A DNA stretch of 64,000 nucleotides from the IMG/VR virus record IMGVR_UViG_2706796412_000001, positions 1 through 64,000 of that record, one strand, 5' to 3'. This DNA is from Bixzunavirus tonenili (Duplodnaviria > Heunggongvirae > Uroviricota > Caudoviricetes). This document shows, in pieces, positions 1 to 9,234 of this stretch (position 1 is the first letter of the stretch; every line of letters begins with the position of its first letter). The notes beneath the pieces are model-generated. The model searched no databases and was not told where the DNA came from. It saw nothing but the letters and a program-made list of their open reading frames with translations. The position numbers and the translations under genes are program-made.

Positions 1-17
1 GACGCGGAGTCACTGTC

Positions 18-269
18 ATGAACCACGAGTCGGTCCGTGTCGAGATCCCGAGCGACCTGCTGCCCCTGGTGTACCTGGTGGCCGAAGACCGCGATGTGTC
101 GCCTCACACCGTGGCTCTCGCCTGGATGATCACCGGCGCCGAAAAGGCTGTCACGGTCGACGACATCAAGGACATGGCCGCACGACAGGGTGAGCGGGTC
201 AGCGCCAGGTTCTTGAACTTCCTCAGCGAGCATGCCGCCACCTGCAAGAAGTGGTTCGGACGACGATGA
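18..269 (+). CDS. hypothetical protein (83 aa)
   Basis: ORF on coding strand; stop TGA overlaps next ATG (ATGA at 266-269). Confidence 0.4.
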   Translation: MNHESVRVEIPSDLLPLVYLVAEDRDVSPHTVALAWMITGAEKAVTVDDIKDMAARQGERVSARFLNFLSEHAATCKKWFGRR

Positions 270-463
270 CGACCTACCGGCAGAAGGCTCAGATCGCCTT
301 CGTCATTTCCATGTTCGCCGCCGTGATCAGCCTGGTCTCGTGGGGAATTGACAACCGCCTACAGGACGAAAAGAGTCCTCGGCCCTGCCATTCACCCGTC
401 GACTACAATTATCCTGATGGATCACTGTCACACACCTACACTCACACTGCAGGAGGACTATAG
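266..463 (+). CDS. small membrane protein (65 aa)
   Basis: ATGA overlap with upstream gene; hydrophobic segment AFVISMFAAVISLVSWGI. Confidence 0.35.
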   Translation: MTTYRQKAQIAFVISMFAAVISLVSWGIDNRLQDEKSPRPCHSPVDYNYPDGSLSHTYTHTAGGL

Positions 464-466
464 GTT

Positions 467-1318
467 ATGAGTGACAAGCCCGCGACAGAGGTTCTTGTCG
501 AGCCGGTCGCTGACGTCTTCAAGACCCCGCACTCTTCCCCACATCATCAGCAGATCGCTCTGGATGGGTTGATCTATCTCAGCGAGGTGGGCAGCACCCT
601 GCACGGGGTGAGCACCGACGCCACCAACGATGACATCGACGAGATGGGCGTCGCCATCGAGCCGCCCCGCTGTGTGATCGGCTTCGAGCAGTTCGACCTG
701 TACGAGTACCGGACCAAGCCGGTCGGTGTGTGCTCGCAGGCGGGCGATATCGATCGCACGATCTACAGCCTGCGCAAGTACGCCAGGATGTTGGCCGACG
801 GCAACCCGACCGTGCTCATGCCGATGTTCGCCCCGGCGGACAAGGTGCGCTACGTCCATCCGCTGGGCCAGGTGCTGCGTGACAACGTGGGGCATTTCCT
901 GAGCAGGCAGACCGGCTGGCGCTTCCTGGGCTACCTCAACCGTCAGCGCTCTCGCTACCTGGATCCCGAGCGCACCGACACCATCCACGGCGCCCGCCCG
1001 GAGCTGATCGAGGCCTATGGCTGGGACACCAAGACCGGGTATCACGCGCTGCGCCTGGCCATTCAGGGTGAGGAGATGATGACCTTCGGCACCATCACGC
1101 TGCCGATGGAAGAGCACAACCGCGAGTATCTGCTCGGCGTGCGCAATGGCACGTACACCAAGGAGCAGGTCACCAACGCGCTGGACACGTACTTCATTCC
1201 GATCCTCAAGGATGCGATCGAGAAGTCCACGCTGCCCGAGCATCCGAACCGGCGCTACATCAACCACCTCATGGTGCAGCTGCATCAGGAGTACTGGACC
1301 GACCACGGGTGGGTCTGA
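467..1318 (+). CDS. putative nucleotidyltransferase (PF10127/RlaP-like)
   Basis: 283 aa; motifs GSTLHGVSTDATNDDIDEMGVAIEPP, IGFEQFDLYEY, YSLRKYARMLADGNPTVLMPMF resemble predicted-nucleotidyltransferase family; antisense ORF 458-1306 rejected. Confidence 0.55.
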   Translation: MSDKPATEVLVEPVADVFKTPHSSPHHQQIALDGLIYLSEVGSTLHGVSTDATNDDIDEMGVAIEPPRCVIGFEQFDLYEYRTKPVGVCSQAGDIDRTIYSLRKYARMLADGNPTVLMPMFAPADKVRYVHPLGQVLRDNVGHFLSRQTGWRFLGYLNRQRSRYLDPERTDTIHGARPELIEAYGWDTKTGYHALRLAIQGEEMMTFGTITLPMEEHNREYLLGVRNGTYTKEQVTNALDTYFIPILKDAIEKSTLPEHPNRRYINHLMVQLHQEYWTDHGWV

Positions 1319-1327
1319 TGAAAGGGC

Positions 1328-1513
1328 ATGGACATGGATCTGTTCTGGACAGCTTCCGGCGTCGGCTTGGCGTTCTTCTTGGTGCTCTCGGGCCTGGGCG
1401 TTCAGTCCTGGATGGACTCAAGGGCCGCGCTGGCCAAGGCGCAGGCACTCAGGGAGCTGCGCGAGGCGGGGTATTCGGTGCCCGACGGGACGCAGTTCAA
1501 CTTCCCCCCGTGA
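1328..1513 (+). CDS. small membrane protein (61 aa)
   Basis: ORF with N-terminal TM helix, follows upstream gene by 10 nt. Confidence 0.35.
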   Translation: MDMDLFWTASGVGLAFFLVLSGLGVQSWMDSRAALAKAQALRELREAGYSVPDGTQFNFPP

Positions 1514-1544
1514 CGGGGTGGACCGACGGAGAGGAGCCGATCTG

Positions 1545-1820
1545 ATGGCCGACGTCAACGCCCGGGTCCCGCTGCTGCAGGGCTATCAGGAGTTGCATCA
1601 GGACGACCGCAAGTGGATCGAGTACATCCTCGACGCTCAACTGGGCGATCATGTCCGCTACGAAGAAACGATCGCGTCCCGGCTGGGTCCGTCCGTGATG
1701 CGCCCCAATCCCTACCCGATCGATCTGGAGGGCCTGAAGGGCGCCCTGGTCCAGTACTGCATGAACCTGCGCCTGGCCGTGGCCCAGTCGCCTGACAAGG
1801 AGGCCGAATCCCATGAGTGA
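1545..1820 (+). CDS. hypothetical protein (91 aa)
   Basis: internal ATG of ORF 1146-1820 with GGAG 8 nt upstream; protein-like composition. Confidence 0.4.
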   Translation: MADVNARVPLLQGYQELHQDDRKWIEYILDAQLGDHVRYEETIASRLGPSVMRPNPYPIDLEGLKGALVQYCMNLRLAVAQSPDKEAESHE

Positions 1821-2109
1821 TCGCGCACGTGCGGATTGGTGCACGAGATGCAGCACCGACGCCGGGACGTTCGTCCAGGAGAACGGCGAGTTGATGCATG
1901 CGACTGGGGCGGAGACCGCGTTCCATCCGGCAGAACGCCTTCCGGCGACGAAGGTGTTCCCTGTGGTTTCCGATGAGACCAAGCAGGCCCTGGCCATCCT
2001 GCTGGGCGTCAGCACGAACATGATCGAGGGCGTCTTTCTGCGCAAGGTCGACGTGGTGATCAAGACCAGTCCGTCGACCAAGGTCAAGCGCACGTTGGAC
2101 CTGGGCTGA
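1813..2109 (+). CDS. hypothetical protein (98 aa)
   Basis: ORF overlapping upstream stop by 8 nt, ATGA overlap with next gene. Confidence 0.4.
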   Translation: MSDRARADWCTRCSTDAGTFVQENGELMHATGAETAFHPAERLPATKVFPVVSDETKQALAILLGVSTNMIEGVFLRKVDVVIKTSPSTKVKRTLDLG

Positions 2110-2474
2110 TGAGCACTACACCCAGGATGGTCTCGTTCGCTGACCAGCAAGAGCTGGAGGACTACGTCGAGAAGATGAACCAGGCGGGCATCACGCCCGA
2201 TCTGGGCATCATCGACAGTCGGGGCAATCAGGTGCTGGCCTGCCGCATCGCGCCCGGCGGCGACGGTTACGCCTTTGTCTACTACGCGCCCGACACCGAC
2301 GACGGCATGATCCACTGCTGCGGCTGCGCCGAGTGCGACCGCGACTGCGAGTATGCCCATCGTCGCCGCGACTGGCGTCCGTTCTTCCCGGTCTGGGCCC
2401 TGGTGAGCTTCGACGTGGACGCGTGTGTCTGCAGGACCGATGGCGATCACGACGACTGCCCGGTGCATCCATGA
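2109..2474 (+). CDS. Cys-rich hypothetical protein (121 aa)
   Basis: IHCCGCAECDRDCEYAH and CVC motifs suggest metal binding. Confidence 0.4.
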   Translation: MSTTPRMVSFADQQELEDYVEKMNQAGITPDLGIIDSRGNQVLACRIAPGGDGYAFVYYAPDTDDGMIHCCGCAECDRDCEYAHRRRDWRPFFPVWALVSFDVDACVCRTDGDHDDCPVHP

Positions 2475-2782
2475 GAGCCGAGATCGTCCCCTTCCACGTC
2501 GAGGTGGACACCGACGCCGATGTGAGCATCCACGGCGATCGATTCATGGTCATCCCTGATCGAGACGAAGAGGTCGGGATCTGCGTCAAAGGCCAACCTG
2601 GCTATCTCTACATGCCGCCCGAGGCTCACCCGCAGCTCGACGAGGAGTCGGTCATCCTGCTGGCAGGCAACATCCAGGTCACCTGGTCGGTGCGCGAGTG
2701 GCAGGCCTTGACCGTCCGCATGGACGAATTGATCGCGGCAGGACGCCGTAGCCGTGAGGCCACATTCGGAGTGAAGTCATGA
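2471..2782 (+). CDS. hypothetical protein (103 aa)
   Basis: ATGA overlap with 2109-2474; start ATG 2471 within ORF 2333-2782. Confidence 0.4.
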   Translation: MRAEIVPFHVEVDTDADVSIHGDRFMVIPDRDEEVGICVKGQPGYLYMPPEAHPQLDEESVILLAGNIQVTWSVREWQALTVRMDELIAAGRRSREATFGVKS

Positions 2783-3000
2783 GCCCGTTCGAGGTCTACG
2801 TCATCATCGGCATCGTCATCGCCGTCATCACCTGGGGCGTCCTGGTCGTACACACAGCCCGTGAGTCCGACTTCTTCGAGACCATGATCTTTGGCGTGAT
2901 GGTCGGCGCGCTGATCGCAGGGGTAGTCGGCTTTGCCTGGCCGCTGTTCTTGATCGGCGCTGGGATCGGTGCCGGGGTCTACCTGGTGACGCAGCGATGA
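2779..3000 (+). CDS. small membrane protein (73 aa, 2 TM)
   Basis: hydrophobic ORF, ATGA overlaps both neighbours. Confidence 0.4.
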   Translation: MSPFEVYVIIGIVIAVITWGVLVVHTARESDFFETMIFGVMVGALIAGVVGFAWPLFLIGAGIGAGVYLVTQR

Positions 3001-3088
3001 GCCTGTTCGACACTCTGTGCGTGGCGCTGCTGGTCTTCGGCGTGCTGGTGCAGACCATGCACACCCTTGGCAAGTGGATGATGAAGCG

Positions 3089-3388
3089 ATGACCGACACC
3101 CTGCTGGCGCCGGACCTGGCCGACCTCGTCGACATGAAGTCCCAGCCTGCTTGTGAGTGCAAGAGCAGTCTCACCGACGAGGACGAGTGGGAAGAGTGCC
3201 CGCACGCGGCCACCTGGCGTGCTGTCAGCAGGTGCTGTGCGCTGACTCTGCTGATATGTGACGACCATCGACTCTGGTATCTGGACTACGTCGCGAAGAT
3301 GTCGGCGCGGAAGTCGTGGGTATTCATTTGCGGGCGGTGCCGGGCCACGATGCAGGGCAATCCGTTCGCTAGCCTGGAGCGCCTGTGA
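3089..3388 (+). CDS. Cys-rich zinc-finger-like protein (99 aa)
   Basis: CECK..CPH..CC..C..C..CGRC pattern; ATG 3089 overlaps stop of 31-aa membrane micro-ORF 2997-3092. Confidence 0.4.
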   Translation: MTDTLLAPDLADLVDMKSQPACECKSSLTDEDEWEECPHAATWRAVSRCCALTLLICDDHRLWYLDYVAKMSARKSWVFICGRCRATMQGNPFASLERL

Positions 3389-3591
3389 CCGTCGCGATCG
3401 TCGTCACCTACTTGGCGGGCGTCGTGGCCATGGCCGCGATCGTCCTGGCCACCGAGGTACTCGACGAGCCGGTCTATGCCGACATGAGCGAGACCAGAAA
3501 GCTCTACGCCCTGACCTGCATGGCGTTGGGCTGGCCGCTGGTCATCATGGCCGCGCTGGCCCTGATGCTGCTCTACTGGCTCAAGCGCTGA
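3385..3591 (+). CDS. small membrane protein (68 aa)
   Basis: two predicted TM helices; GTGA overlap. Confidence 0.4.
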   Translation: MTVAIVVTYLAGVVAMAAIVLATEVLDEPVYADMSETRKLYALTCMALGWPLVIMAALALMLLYWLKR

Positions 3592-3608
3592 AAAACACCG
3601 AGCGCGCA

Positions 3609-3643
3609 GGAATGAAATACCCTGTAGATGCGCTATAGTGGGA
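3609..3643 (+). promoter_or_regulatory. promoter-like motif GGAATGAAAT..GCTATAGTGGGAT with CACTCACC leader
   Basis: member of repeated GGAATGA(N17-19)TATAnT family, 38 nt upstream of gene 3681. Confidence 0.45.
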
Positions 3644-3680
3644 TAGACTGATCACGCACACACTCACCAAGGGAGACCAT

Positions 3681-4358
3681 ATGCCCAGACTCATCACGGA
3701 CAAGCGCGGCGCCAAGCTGGCCCGCGAGATCCTCACCCAGATCGAGGCCGAAGTGGAGGCCCAACTGGTACGCGAGTCGTCTACTTCTACTGAAGGCCCG
3801 GTGTGGAACCAGAGCGTGTGGGTCATGGTCGACCTCGACCTGCTTCCTCCGCGTTCATCGGTCGAGCTGATTGATCCCGCCACGATCACCGCCCGTCGAT
3901 CGCTTGACTATGTTCCGAACGGGCACGCCGTTCGGTCAGGCTTGGCGGCGGCGATCGACAGCGGGGTCGGTCCCTCCTGCGGCACGGCCCTGTGCTTTGC
4001 CGGGCATGCCTCGATCATGGCGGGCGACCGGTATGTCATCCCGGTGAGACCGGAGGTCGCCCAGAAGCTCAGGACCGGAAGGGTCCGGCGCAGTCTGCGG
4101 CACTTCGTGAACAACTATCGGCACAAGCTGCCTCCCTCCCTCTCCGACATCCTCGGTTCGACAGTGATCACGCCGGACAACGAGGTGACGACGGTCGAGA
4201 TCCGCGCGCGGGAACTGCTGGGCCTCACTGCAGGAGAGGCAGAAACGCTTTTCGCTGGCGGAAACACCCTCTCCGACCTGCGCAGGTACGTGGAGATGAT
4301 GGAGCAGGGCCTGCACCTGGTCACCGGCAGGCCAAAGCGTCGGAGGTGGGCTCGATGA
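3681..4358 (+). CDS. hypothetical protein (225 aa)
   Basis: ORF after promoter motif and AAGGGAG RBS. Confidence 0.5.
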   Translation: MPRLITDKRGAKLAREILTQIEAEVEAQLVRESSTSTEGPVWNQSVWVMVDLDLLPPRSSVELIDPATITARRSLDYVPNGHAVRSGLAAAIDSGVGPSCGTALCFAGHASIMAGDRYVIPVRPEVAQKLRTGRVRRSLRHFVNNYRHKLPPSLSDILGSTVITPDNEVTTVEIRARELLGLTAGEAETLFAGGNTLSDLRRYVEMMEQGLHLVTGRPKRRRWAR

Positions 4359-4516
4359 GCGGATTCTCCGGCTACGAGGCGAACAAGCTCGCCGACGCCA
4401 TGGAAAAGCTGGCCCGAATCTCGCGCGACCGTATCGAGGTCGAGCGCCGCAAGGCCGCCGCGCTGGAGCGCATCGCCGAGGCCATGGAGCAGCGCGACCG
4501 AGAGCCGAACACATGA
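4355..4516 (+). CDS. small coiled-coil protein (53 aa)
   Basis: ATGA overlap; internal start of ORF 3992-4516. Confidence 0.35.
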   Translation: MSGFSGYEANKLADAMEKLARISRDRIEVERRKAAALERIAEAMEQRDREPNT

Positions 4517-4962
4517 CCACCATCACCCTGCACCAGGTCTCTGACGACGAGGTGGTGCGTCCGGCCACCGTCAACATCCGGCATATCCGCACCACCCGGT
4601 GGAACAAGCAGACCAAGCTCACCGAGGTCGGGCTGGAGGCCGTGCTGCACAGCACCGCGCGCATCTGCGTGCTCGAACATCCTCGGCGCATCTCTCTGCT
4701 GATCAGGCGGGCCCACCAGGCCCAGGCTGTCAAGGAGAGCCTGAACAGGGTTGCGCGGACGCAGCCACAGTCAGGCGATACGCCGCTGCAGCGCAAGCTC
4801 AAGGAGGCCGTGACACAGGCTCAGGCGCCTCGCGACGACGCCGACACGGCCAGCTACGAGGCCTACGCCCAGGACATGGCCATGAGCAACCTGCTGGCCG
4901 AGGCCAAGAAGACCAACGGCCTGCTTGCCGAGATCGCCAAGAACCTGCCCAAGGAGGACTGA
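4513..4962 (+). CDS. hypothetical protein (149 aa)
   Basis: ORF with ATGA overlap upstream, TGATG overlap downstream. Confidence 0.45.
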   Translation: MTTITLHQVSDDEVVRPATVNIRHIRTTRWNKQTKLTEVGLEAVLHSTARICVLEHPRRISLLIRRAHQAQAVKESLNRVARTQPQSGDTPLQRKLKEAVTQAQAPRDDADTASYEAYAQDMAMSNLLAEAKKTNGLLAEIAKNLPKED

Positions 4963-5282
4963 TGAACACCGAAGAGCAGTTTGTCACTCTCGATCGCGAC
5001 GATGACGGCAAGAGTGTCCGCTTCGAGATGATCGAGGACGAGGACGGCGACGCCTTCTGGGCCTACGGCCACGTGCCCGGCGAGTCCATGGTGGCCGAGG
5101 TCAACCGCTGGCTGACCCACTGCGGGCTGGAAGCCGACGTCCTGGTGTCCTCGTCGGCGACCGTCGACCACGTGTGGGCCAGGTTCACCGACAACGAGCG
5201 TTTCAGCCTGGGAGAGCCGATCGGCAAGGAGACCGACGCCGAGCTGTTCCCCGTGACCCGTCTCTACTGGTTCGTGGCCTAG
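4962..5282 (+). CDS. hypothetical acidic protein (106 aa)
   Basis: ATG 4962 after AAGGAGG; internal start of ORF 4599-5282. Confidence 0.4.
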   Translation: MNTEEQFVTLDRDDDGKSVRFEMIEDEDGDAFWAYGHVPGESMVAEVNRWLTHCGLEADVLVSSSATVDHVWARFTDNERFSLGEPIGKETDAELFPVTRLYWFVA

Positions 5283-5284
5283 CG

Positions 5285-5548
5285 ATGTCGCAGTCGAGCG
5301 AGACCATCGTGACCACCCTCGGTGTGACGGCCATCCCGATCGGCAGTCCGTCGCGCGAAATCCTGCCGCGTCCGTACGGCTATGGCGCGCACGCCCAGTT
5401 CACCATGAGAATGACCGATCAGGGCTCTCAGTGGGCTCTGGTCGTGCGTGACCAGACCGACCTGGGCCGTCACCGCAAGCTCACTATGGTGTTTCGCACC
5501 GACGAGTACGAGCGTGCCGCCGATTCGGCTCGAAGCGAGGAAAAATGA
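5285..5548 (+). CDS. hypothetical protein (87 aa)
   Basis: ATG 5285 2 nt after upstream stop. Confidence 0.4.
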   Translation: MSQSSETIVTTLGVTAIPIGSPSREILPRPYGYGAHAQFTMRMTDQGSQWALVVRDQTDLGRHRKLTMVFRTDEYERAADSARSEEK

Positions 5549-5778
5549 CTTACGTTCTGTTTCTGTGGTTTGGGCCGCGCGCATACGGCGCGGAGTCGAA
5601 GTACGGCTGCTGGATGCCCACCGTTCCCCGCGTCGGCGACACCGTAGTGATACCGCGAGGGCAGCCCGACTACCGAGGCAACACCGATCCAGAGGACACC
5701 CAGCACATGGAAGTTCTGCGGGTGACATGGACGTGCGACGGTACGCCACACTGGCACGCCGAGGTTCAACTGCGGTAG
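5545..5778 (+). CDS. hypothetical protein (77 aa)
   Basis: ATGA overlap. Confidence 0.4.
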   Translation: MTYVLFLWFGPRAYGAESKYGCWMPTVPRVGDTVVIPRGQPDYRGNTDPEDTQHMEVLRVTWTCDGTPHWHAEVQLR

Positions 5779-5846
5779 CCCCGCAATCGAAGCTGAGGAA
5801 GCCGACCGGCGTGCTGCCCGATCGGCTCGAAGGAGTGAGACCTGAC

Positions 5847-6080
5847 ATGAGCATGCAACTGACCCTGCAGATCGACCGGGGCCGGATCGTCGAGGCCGAC
5901 GTCCGGCGCATCGTGTCCCGCTCGAACGGGATGCACGTCTACCGCTGGAGCTGCGGCGAACCCGAGGAGCATCGCCACCTGGGCGGCACCGTCGAACACT
6001 ACGAGCCCGACGGCGCGGTCGCGCTGGCCAAGAGGGTGCTCGATTCCTATCTCGACCAGGCGCAAGGGTTGCGACGATGA
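5847..6080 (+). CDS. hypothetical protein (77 aa)
   Basis: ATG 5847 preceded by AAGGAG; internal start of ORF 5448-6080. Confidence 0.4.
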   Translation: MSMQLTLQIDRGRIVEADVRRIVSRSNGMHVYRWSCGEPEEHRHLGGTVEHYEPDGAVALAKRVLDSYLDQAQGLRR

Positions 6081-6418
6081 TGAGCGACGAGTTGCGTGCT
6101 GTACTCACAGAAGCCCTCGTGGATGAGTTGTCCGGTTGGACCATCGGAGATGGCTATTACAAGTCGCAGGTGCCGTTTCACGAGGCCCGCGAAATGGCAG
6201 ACACCCTCGTCGGCATTCTGCTGTCTCTTCCGGGTGTGGCGGTAATCCAACTGCCCAAACCCGACGAACTGCGCTATGGATGGTGCTTGCAGGTCGAACC
6301 CAGCGGCATTATCCGCGACCTGGGGCCTATGGACTCATACACAGCGGAGGACGCACGCGGATTCGCAGGGGCACTGGTCGCTGCTGCTGCGGTTGTAGCC
6401 GAGGGGGAAGACAAGTGA
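6077..6418 (+). CDS. hypothetical protein (113 aa)
   Basis: ATGA overlap. Confidence 0.4.
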   Translation: MMSDELRAVLTEALVDELSGWTIGDGYYKSQVPFHEAREMADTLVGILLSLPGVAVIQLPKPDELRYGWCLQVEPSGIIRDLGPMDSYTAEDARGFAGALVAAAAVVAEGEDK

Positions 6419-6846
6419 GTGATGTTGTGGAGCGCGCGAAAGCAGCACTGGAAGCCCTGGGTGATAGAGGGCCGTGGACTATCGACTCCGAAGACGGCGA
6501 GCCGATTATTCACGAAGCTCATCACTACGACTCGATGGACGAATGGTACGACGTGAACGGGGCGAACGGCGGGTGGGTGGCGCACTGCGAAGACCTCCCG
6601 GTGGCCGAGTTCATTGCTTCTGCGCGTTCGTTGGTCCCCGAGTTGATCGCCGAAGTCGAGAAGTGGCGGGCCGCTGCGGTCTACGCCCATGACGACAACG
6701 GGGCACTCCAAGCGATGAAGGCTGAGCGGGACCATCTCGCCGAAATCGTTGAGCGGGTCGGTGAAGTCGTGGACAGCTACAAGCTCATCGAGGACGTACA
6801 GATCCTCGCCATCATCAACCCGAACGGGGGCCGCGATGAGGGGTGA
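6415..6846 (+). CDS. hypothetical acidic protein (143 aa)
   Basis: GTG 6415 overlapping upstream stop (GTGA). Confidence 0.4.
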   Translation: MSDVVERAKAALEALGDRGPWTIDSEDGEPIIHEAHHYDSMDEWYDVNGANGGWVAHCEDLPVAEFIASARSLVPELIAEVEKWRAAAVYAHDDNGALQAMKAERDHLAEIVERVGEVVDSYKLIEDVQILAIINPNGGRDEG

Positions 6847-6881
6847 GTTTGCTGCGGTTGTGGCTGCAGGGGAGGAACACC

Positions 6882-7316
6882 ATGGCTGACATCACTGCCC
6901 GAATCGCCGACATCCTCGAATCCCGAGGACTTGTGCAGCATGCTCAGATCCGCGCCGCCATCGCTGAAGCCCTCGTGGAGGAATTGGGCCTGGAAGTGGA
7001 GTGGCGGGCTGTCTGCCCCACAACCGTTTTTCCTGCCGAGGACCGTGCGGTGGCTCAGGGGTTGGTGGACATGTATCGGCGAGGGCGGGTCGAGTCTCGG
7101 ATTGTCGCGCAGTGGGCTGCAGGGGAAGGAAGCGCGGCTGGCGATCCGAGATCTGTGGCATTCGAAGCGTTAATGGGCGCTGCGGAAGACCGTGCCGTTC
7201 AATGTGTTCGCTGCGGTAACGCTGCCTCGCGGCACGGTGAGCGCCCACAGGATAGTCCACCCGGTTGCGGATGGACGTATTCAATGGTCGTCCGGGCTGC
7301 AGGGGAGGAAGCGTGA
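6882..7316 (+). CDS. hypothetical protein (144 aa)
   Basis: ATG 6882 after GGGGAGGA RBS. Confidence 0.4.
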   Translation: MADITARIADILESRGLVQHAQIRAAIAEALVEELGLEVEWRAVCPTTVFPAEDRAVAQGLVDMYRRGRVESRIVAQWAAGEGSAAGDPRSVAFEALMGAAEDRAVQCVRCGNAASRHGERPQDSPPGCGWTYSMVVRAAGEEA

Positions 7317-7645
7317 GCAGGGACTTCTGGTGGGGCATGTTCGTCATTCCCGCAGCTGCCCTCGCCGTTGCCGGTGTCCTGGTCGCGATCATGGCTGTCA
7401 TCTGGGCCTCGTCGAGGTGGGGAGGCGACGAGTACAAGCTGTGGCCGAAACAGTGGGGCCAGCGTGAGTCCATCGTGACCGTCGTCGCTACCGCCAAATC
7501 AGTGCGCTACCTGTGGATTCCCGGATGGCACATCGTCATCTGCCGAACAACAATGGCTACCCGAGAGAGTCGTCCGGAATGGCAGCGGCGACTGCGTGTC
7601 CAGCACGCCATCGGTGCCGCAATCAGGGCTGAGGAGACCGAGTGA
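7313..7645 (+). CDS. membrane-anchored hypothetical protein (110 aa)
   Basis: GTG 7313 after AGGGGAGGAA; N-terminal TM helix. Confidence 0.4.
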   Translation: MSRDFWWGMFVIPAAALAVAGVLVAIMAVIWASSRWGGDEYKLWPKQWGQRESIVTVVATAKSVRYLWIPGWHIVICRTTMATRESRPEWQRRLRVQHAIGAAIRAEETE

Positions 7646-8109
7646 TGTCTGATCCCACCTGCGTGTTCTGCCCGGACAACTGGGACAACCTCGACATCCT
7701 GCATGAGCACACGATCATCGAGAGCAGGACGCACAGCCGGGTGCCGAGTGTGCCCATCATCCAGTTCGTGCGTCCACTCAACCCGGTGACCGAGGGCCAC
7801 CTGCTGGTGATTCATCGCGAGCACACCGACAACGCCGCCGACGGGCTGAAGGGGCCGACATTCGCCAGCGAGTGCATGCACTTTGCCGCAGGCTATGTGC
7901 GCAAGAAGGGCATTCAGGCCAACATCATCACCAGCATCGGCCCGGCGGCCACCCAGACGGTGATGCATACCCATTTGCACATCGTGCCGCGCACCGAGGG
8001 CGACAAGCTGCTGCTGCCCTGGACGCTGCAGCAGCTGCGCGAGAATCGGCAGCGTCAGGCCAAAGAGTGGCTGAGGCAGTACGACGACTGGCCTGATGAG
8101 AACCTCTGA
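7642..8109 (+). CDS. HIT-family (histidine triad) nucleotide hydrolase
   Basis: 155 aa; histidine-triad motif HTHLHIVPR near C-terminus. Confidence 0.6.
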   Translation: MMSDPTCVFCPDNWDNLDILHEHTIIESRTHSRVPSVPIIQFVRPLNPVTEGHLLVIHREHTDNAADGLKGPTFASECMHFAAGYVRKKGIQANIITSIGPAATQTVMHTHLHIVPRTEGDKLLLPWTLQQLRENRQRQAKEWLRQYDDWPDENL

Positions 8110-8320
8110 CTTTCGGGACGATCCGAGGGCTGAGATCTACGGGCCGCTGTGGGAGGCCATGGCGGCTCAGGGCGTCGGTCCCCACATCGTGACCGCCAAG
8201 GATGGCCGAGCGGCGCTCTGCGGCGGTCCTGGGGCCTGTTACGTATGCGGCAAGGAGGCGTGATGGCCGCGACCGACTCACTGAAGGGGTGCGGGAGCTG
8301 AATTCCGACACGCCGAGGCA

Positions 8321-8357
8321 GGAATGAGCTAGTCCAACTGTAGGTTCACTACAGTAT
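8321..8357 (+). promoter_or_regulatory. promoter-like motif GGAATGAGCT..TACAGTATGAC
   Basis: variant of repeated motif; -10-like hexamer abuts ATG 8356, possible leaderless start (ATG 8356 or 8362). Confidence 0.35.
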
Positions 8358-8640
8358 GACTATGAGCTTGGACTTGAATTTTGTAGATCTGCCGGACAAG
8401 CAGGTGGGCGGTAGCCGCTCTGGTCCTCGTGCTCGTTTGAAAGCTCTTGCCGAAGCTCTGCGGGCCCAGCGCGGCAAGTGGGCCGAGTGGCCCTGGGCCA
8501 ACTCGTCGCCGTACGCGACCGGCAACCACATCAACCACGGGCGTTACGCCAGTCTGCCGCCGGAGGAATTCCAGGCCACGGTGCGCAACCGGGTGCTCTA
8601 CGTGCGCGCCCGCACCGAGGAAGAGATGAGGCAGTCATGA
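8356..8640 (+). CDS. hypothetical protein (94 aa)
   Basis: ORF immediately after promoter-like motif. Confidence 0.4.
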   Translation: MTMSLDLNFVDLPDKQVGGSRSGPRARLKALAEALRAQRGKWAEWPWANSSPYATGNHINHGRYASLPPEEFQATVRNRVLYVRARTEEEMRQS

Positions 8641-8876
8641 ACACCATCAGACTCCTGTTCCGAGGCATCATCGTCGGCCTATTCGGCATCGCGCTGGCCT
8701 TCAGCCTGCTCAGCATCTACGCCGCGCTGACCGACTACGATCTGCCGCGTCCCGGTGATTCTTCGGGCTCGGGCGTCGGCATCGTCCCCGGCGGCGGGCT
8801 CGGCATCGACATGGGCGGCGGCATCATGCTCGACCCGTCGTCCGGTCGGCTCACCCCGGGGGTTCCGCTGCCATGA
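8637..8876 (+). CDS. Gly-rich membrane protein (79 aa)
   Basis: ATGA overlap; TM helix then GxG repeats. Confidence 0.4.
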   Translation: MNTIRLLFRGIIVGLFGIALAFSLLSIYAALTDYDLPRPGDSSGSGVGIVPGGGLGIDMGGGIMLDPSSGRLTPGVPLP

Positions 8877-9052
8877 CCGCGTTGATCGCAGGCGTCGTCT
8901 TGATCGCGCTGGTGGCGGGCGCCCTCCTCGTCTTCACCTTTCGTGCCATGACCTTCGTCGAGTGGGCGACGGCCTGGGGCCTGTCTGTGCTGGGCACGGT
9001 GGTCATCGGCGTCGGCGCATTCCTGATCGGAAAAGGGATCGAACAGCTATGA
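8873..9052 (+). CDS. small membrane protein (59 aa)
   Basis: ATGA overlap; two hydrophobic segments. Confidence 0.3.
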   Translation: MTALIAGVVLIALVAGALLVFTFRAMTFVEWATAWGLSVLGTVVIGVGAFLIGKGIEQL

Positions 9053-9234
9053 ATCTCGACGACCTGGCCCCCACCGCCTACTGGACAAGTCAGACGCATG
9101 TCGGGAACGCCTCCGTCCCGATTCAGCGCGACTGCCCGCGCGCGTCCTGCGCGGCCATGGGCATCCAGTGCAAGGACCGTCGCGAGGGGCGCCCGTGCGA
9201 GCCCGGCTATCAGCCGCCCGACAAGAAGCCGTAG
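9049..9234 (+). CDS. hypothetical protein (61 aa)
   Basis: ATG overlapping upstream stop. Confidence 0.35.
   Translation: MNLDDLAPTAYWTSQTHVGNASVPIQRDCPRASCAAMGIQCKDRREGRPCEPGYQPPDKKP

Noticed and set aside
1146-1820. Long version of ORF 1146-1820 (224 aa) and similar extended ORFs (3992-4516, 4599-5282, 5448-6080, 9845-11449, 33222-35798)
   Set aside because: The N-terminal extensions overlap upstream genes in another frame and have Arg/Pro-rich junk composition. Internal starts with RBS and stop/start overlaps are preferred.
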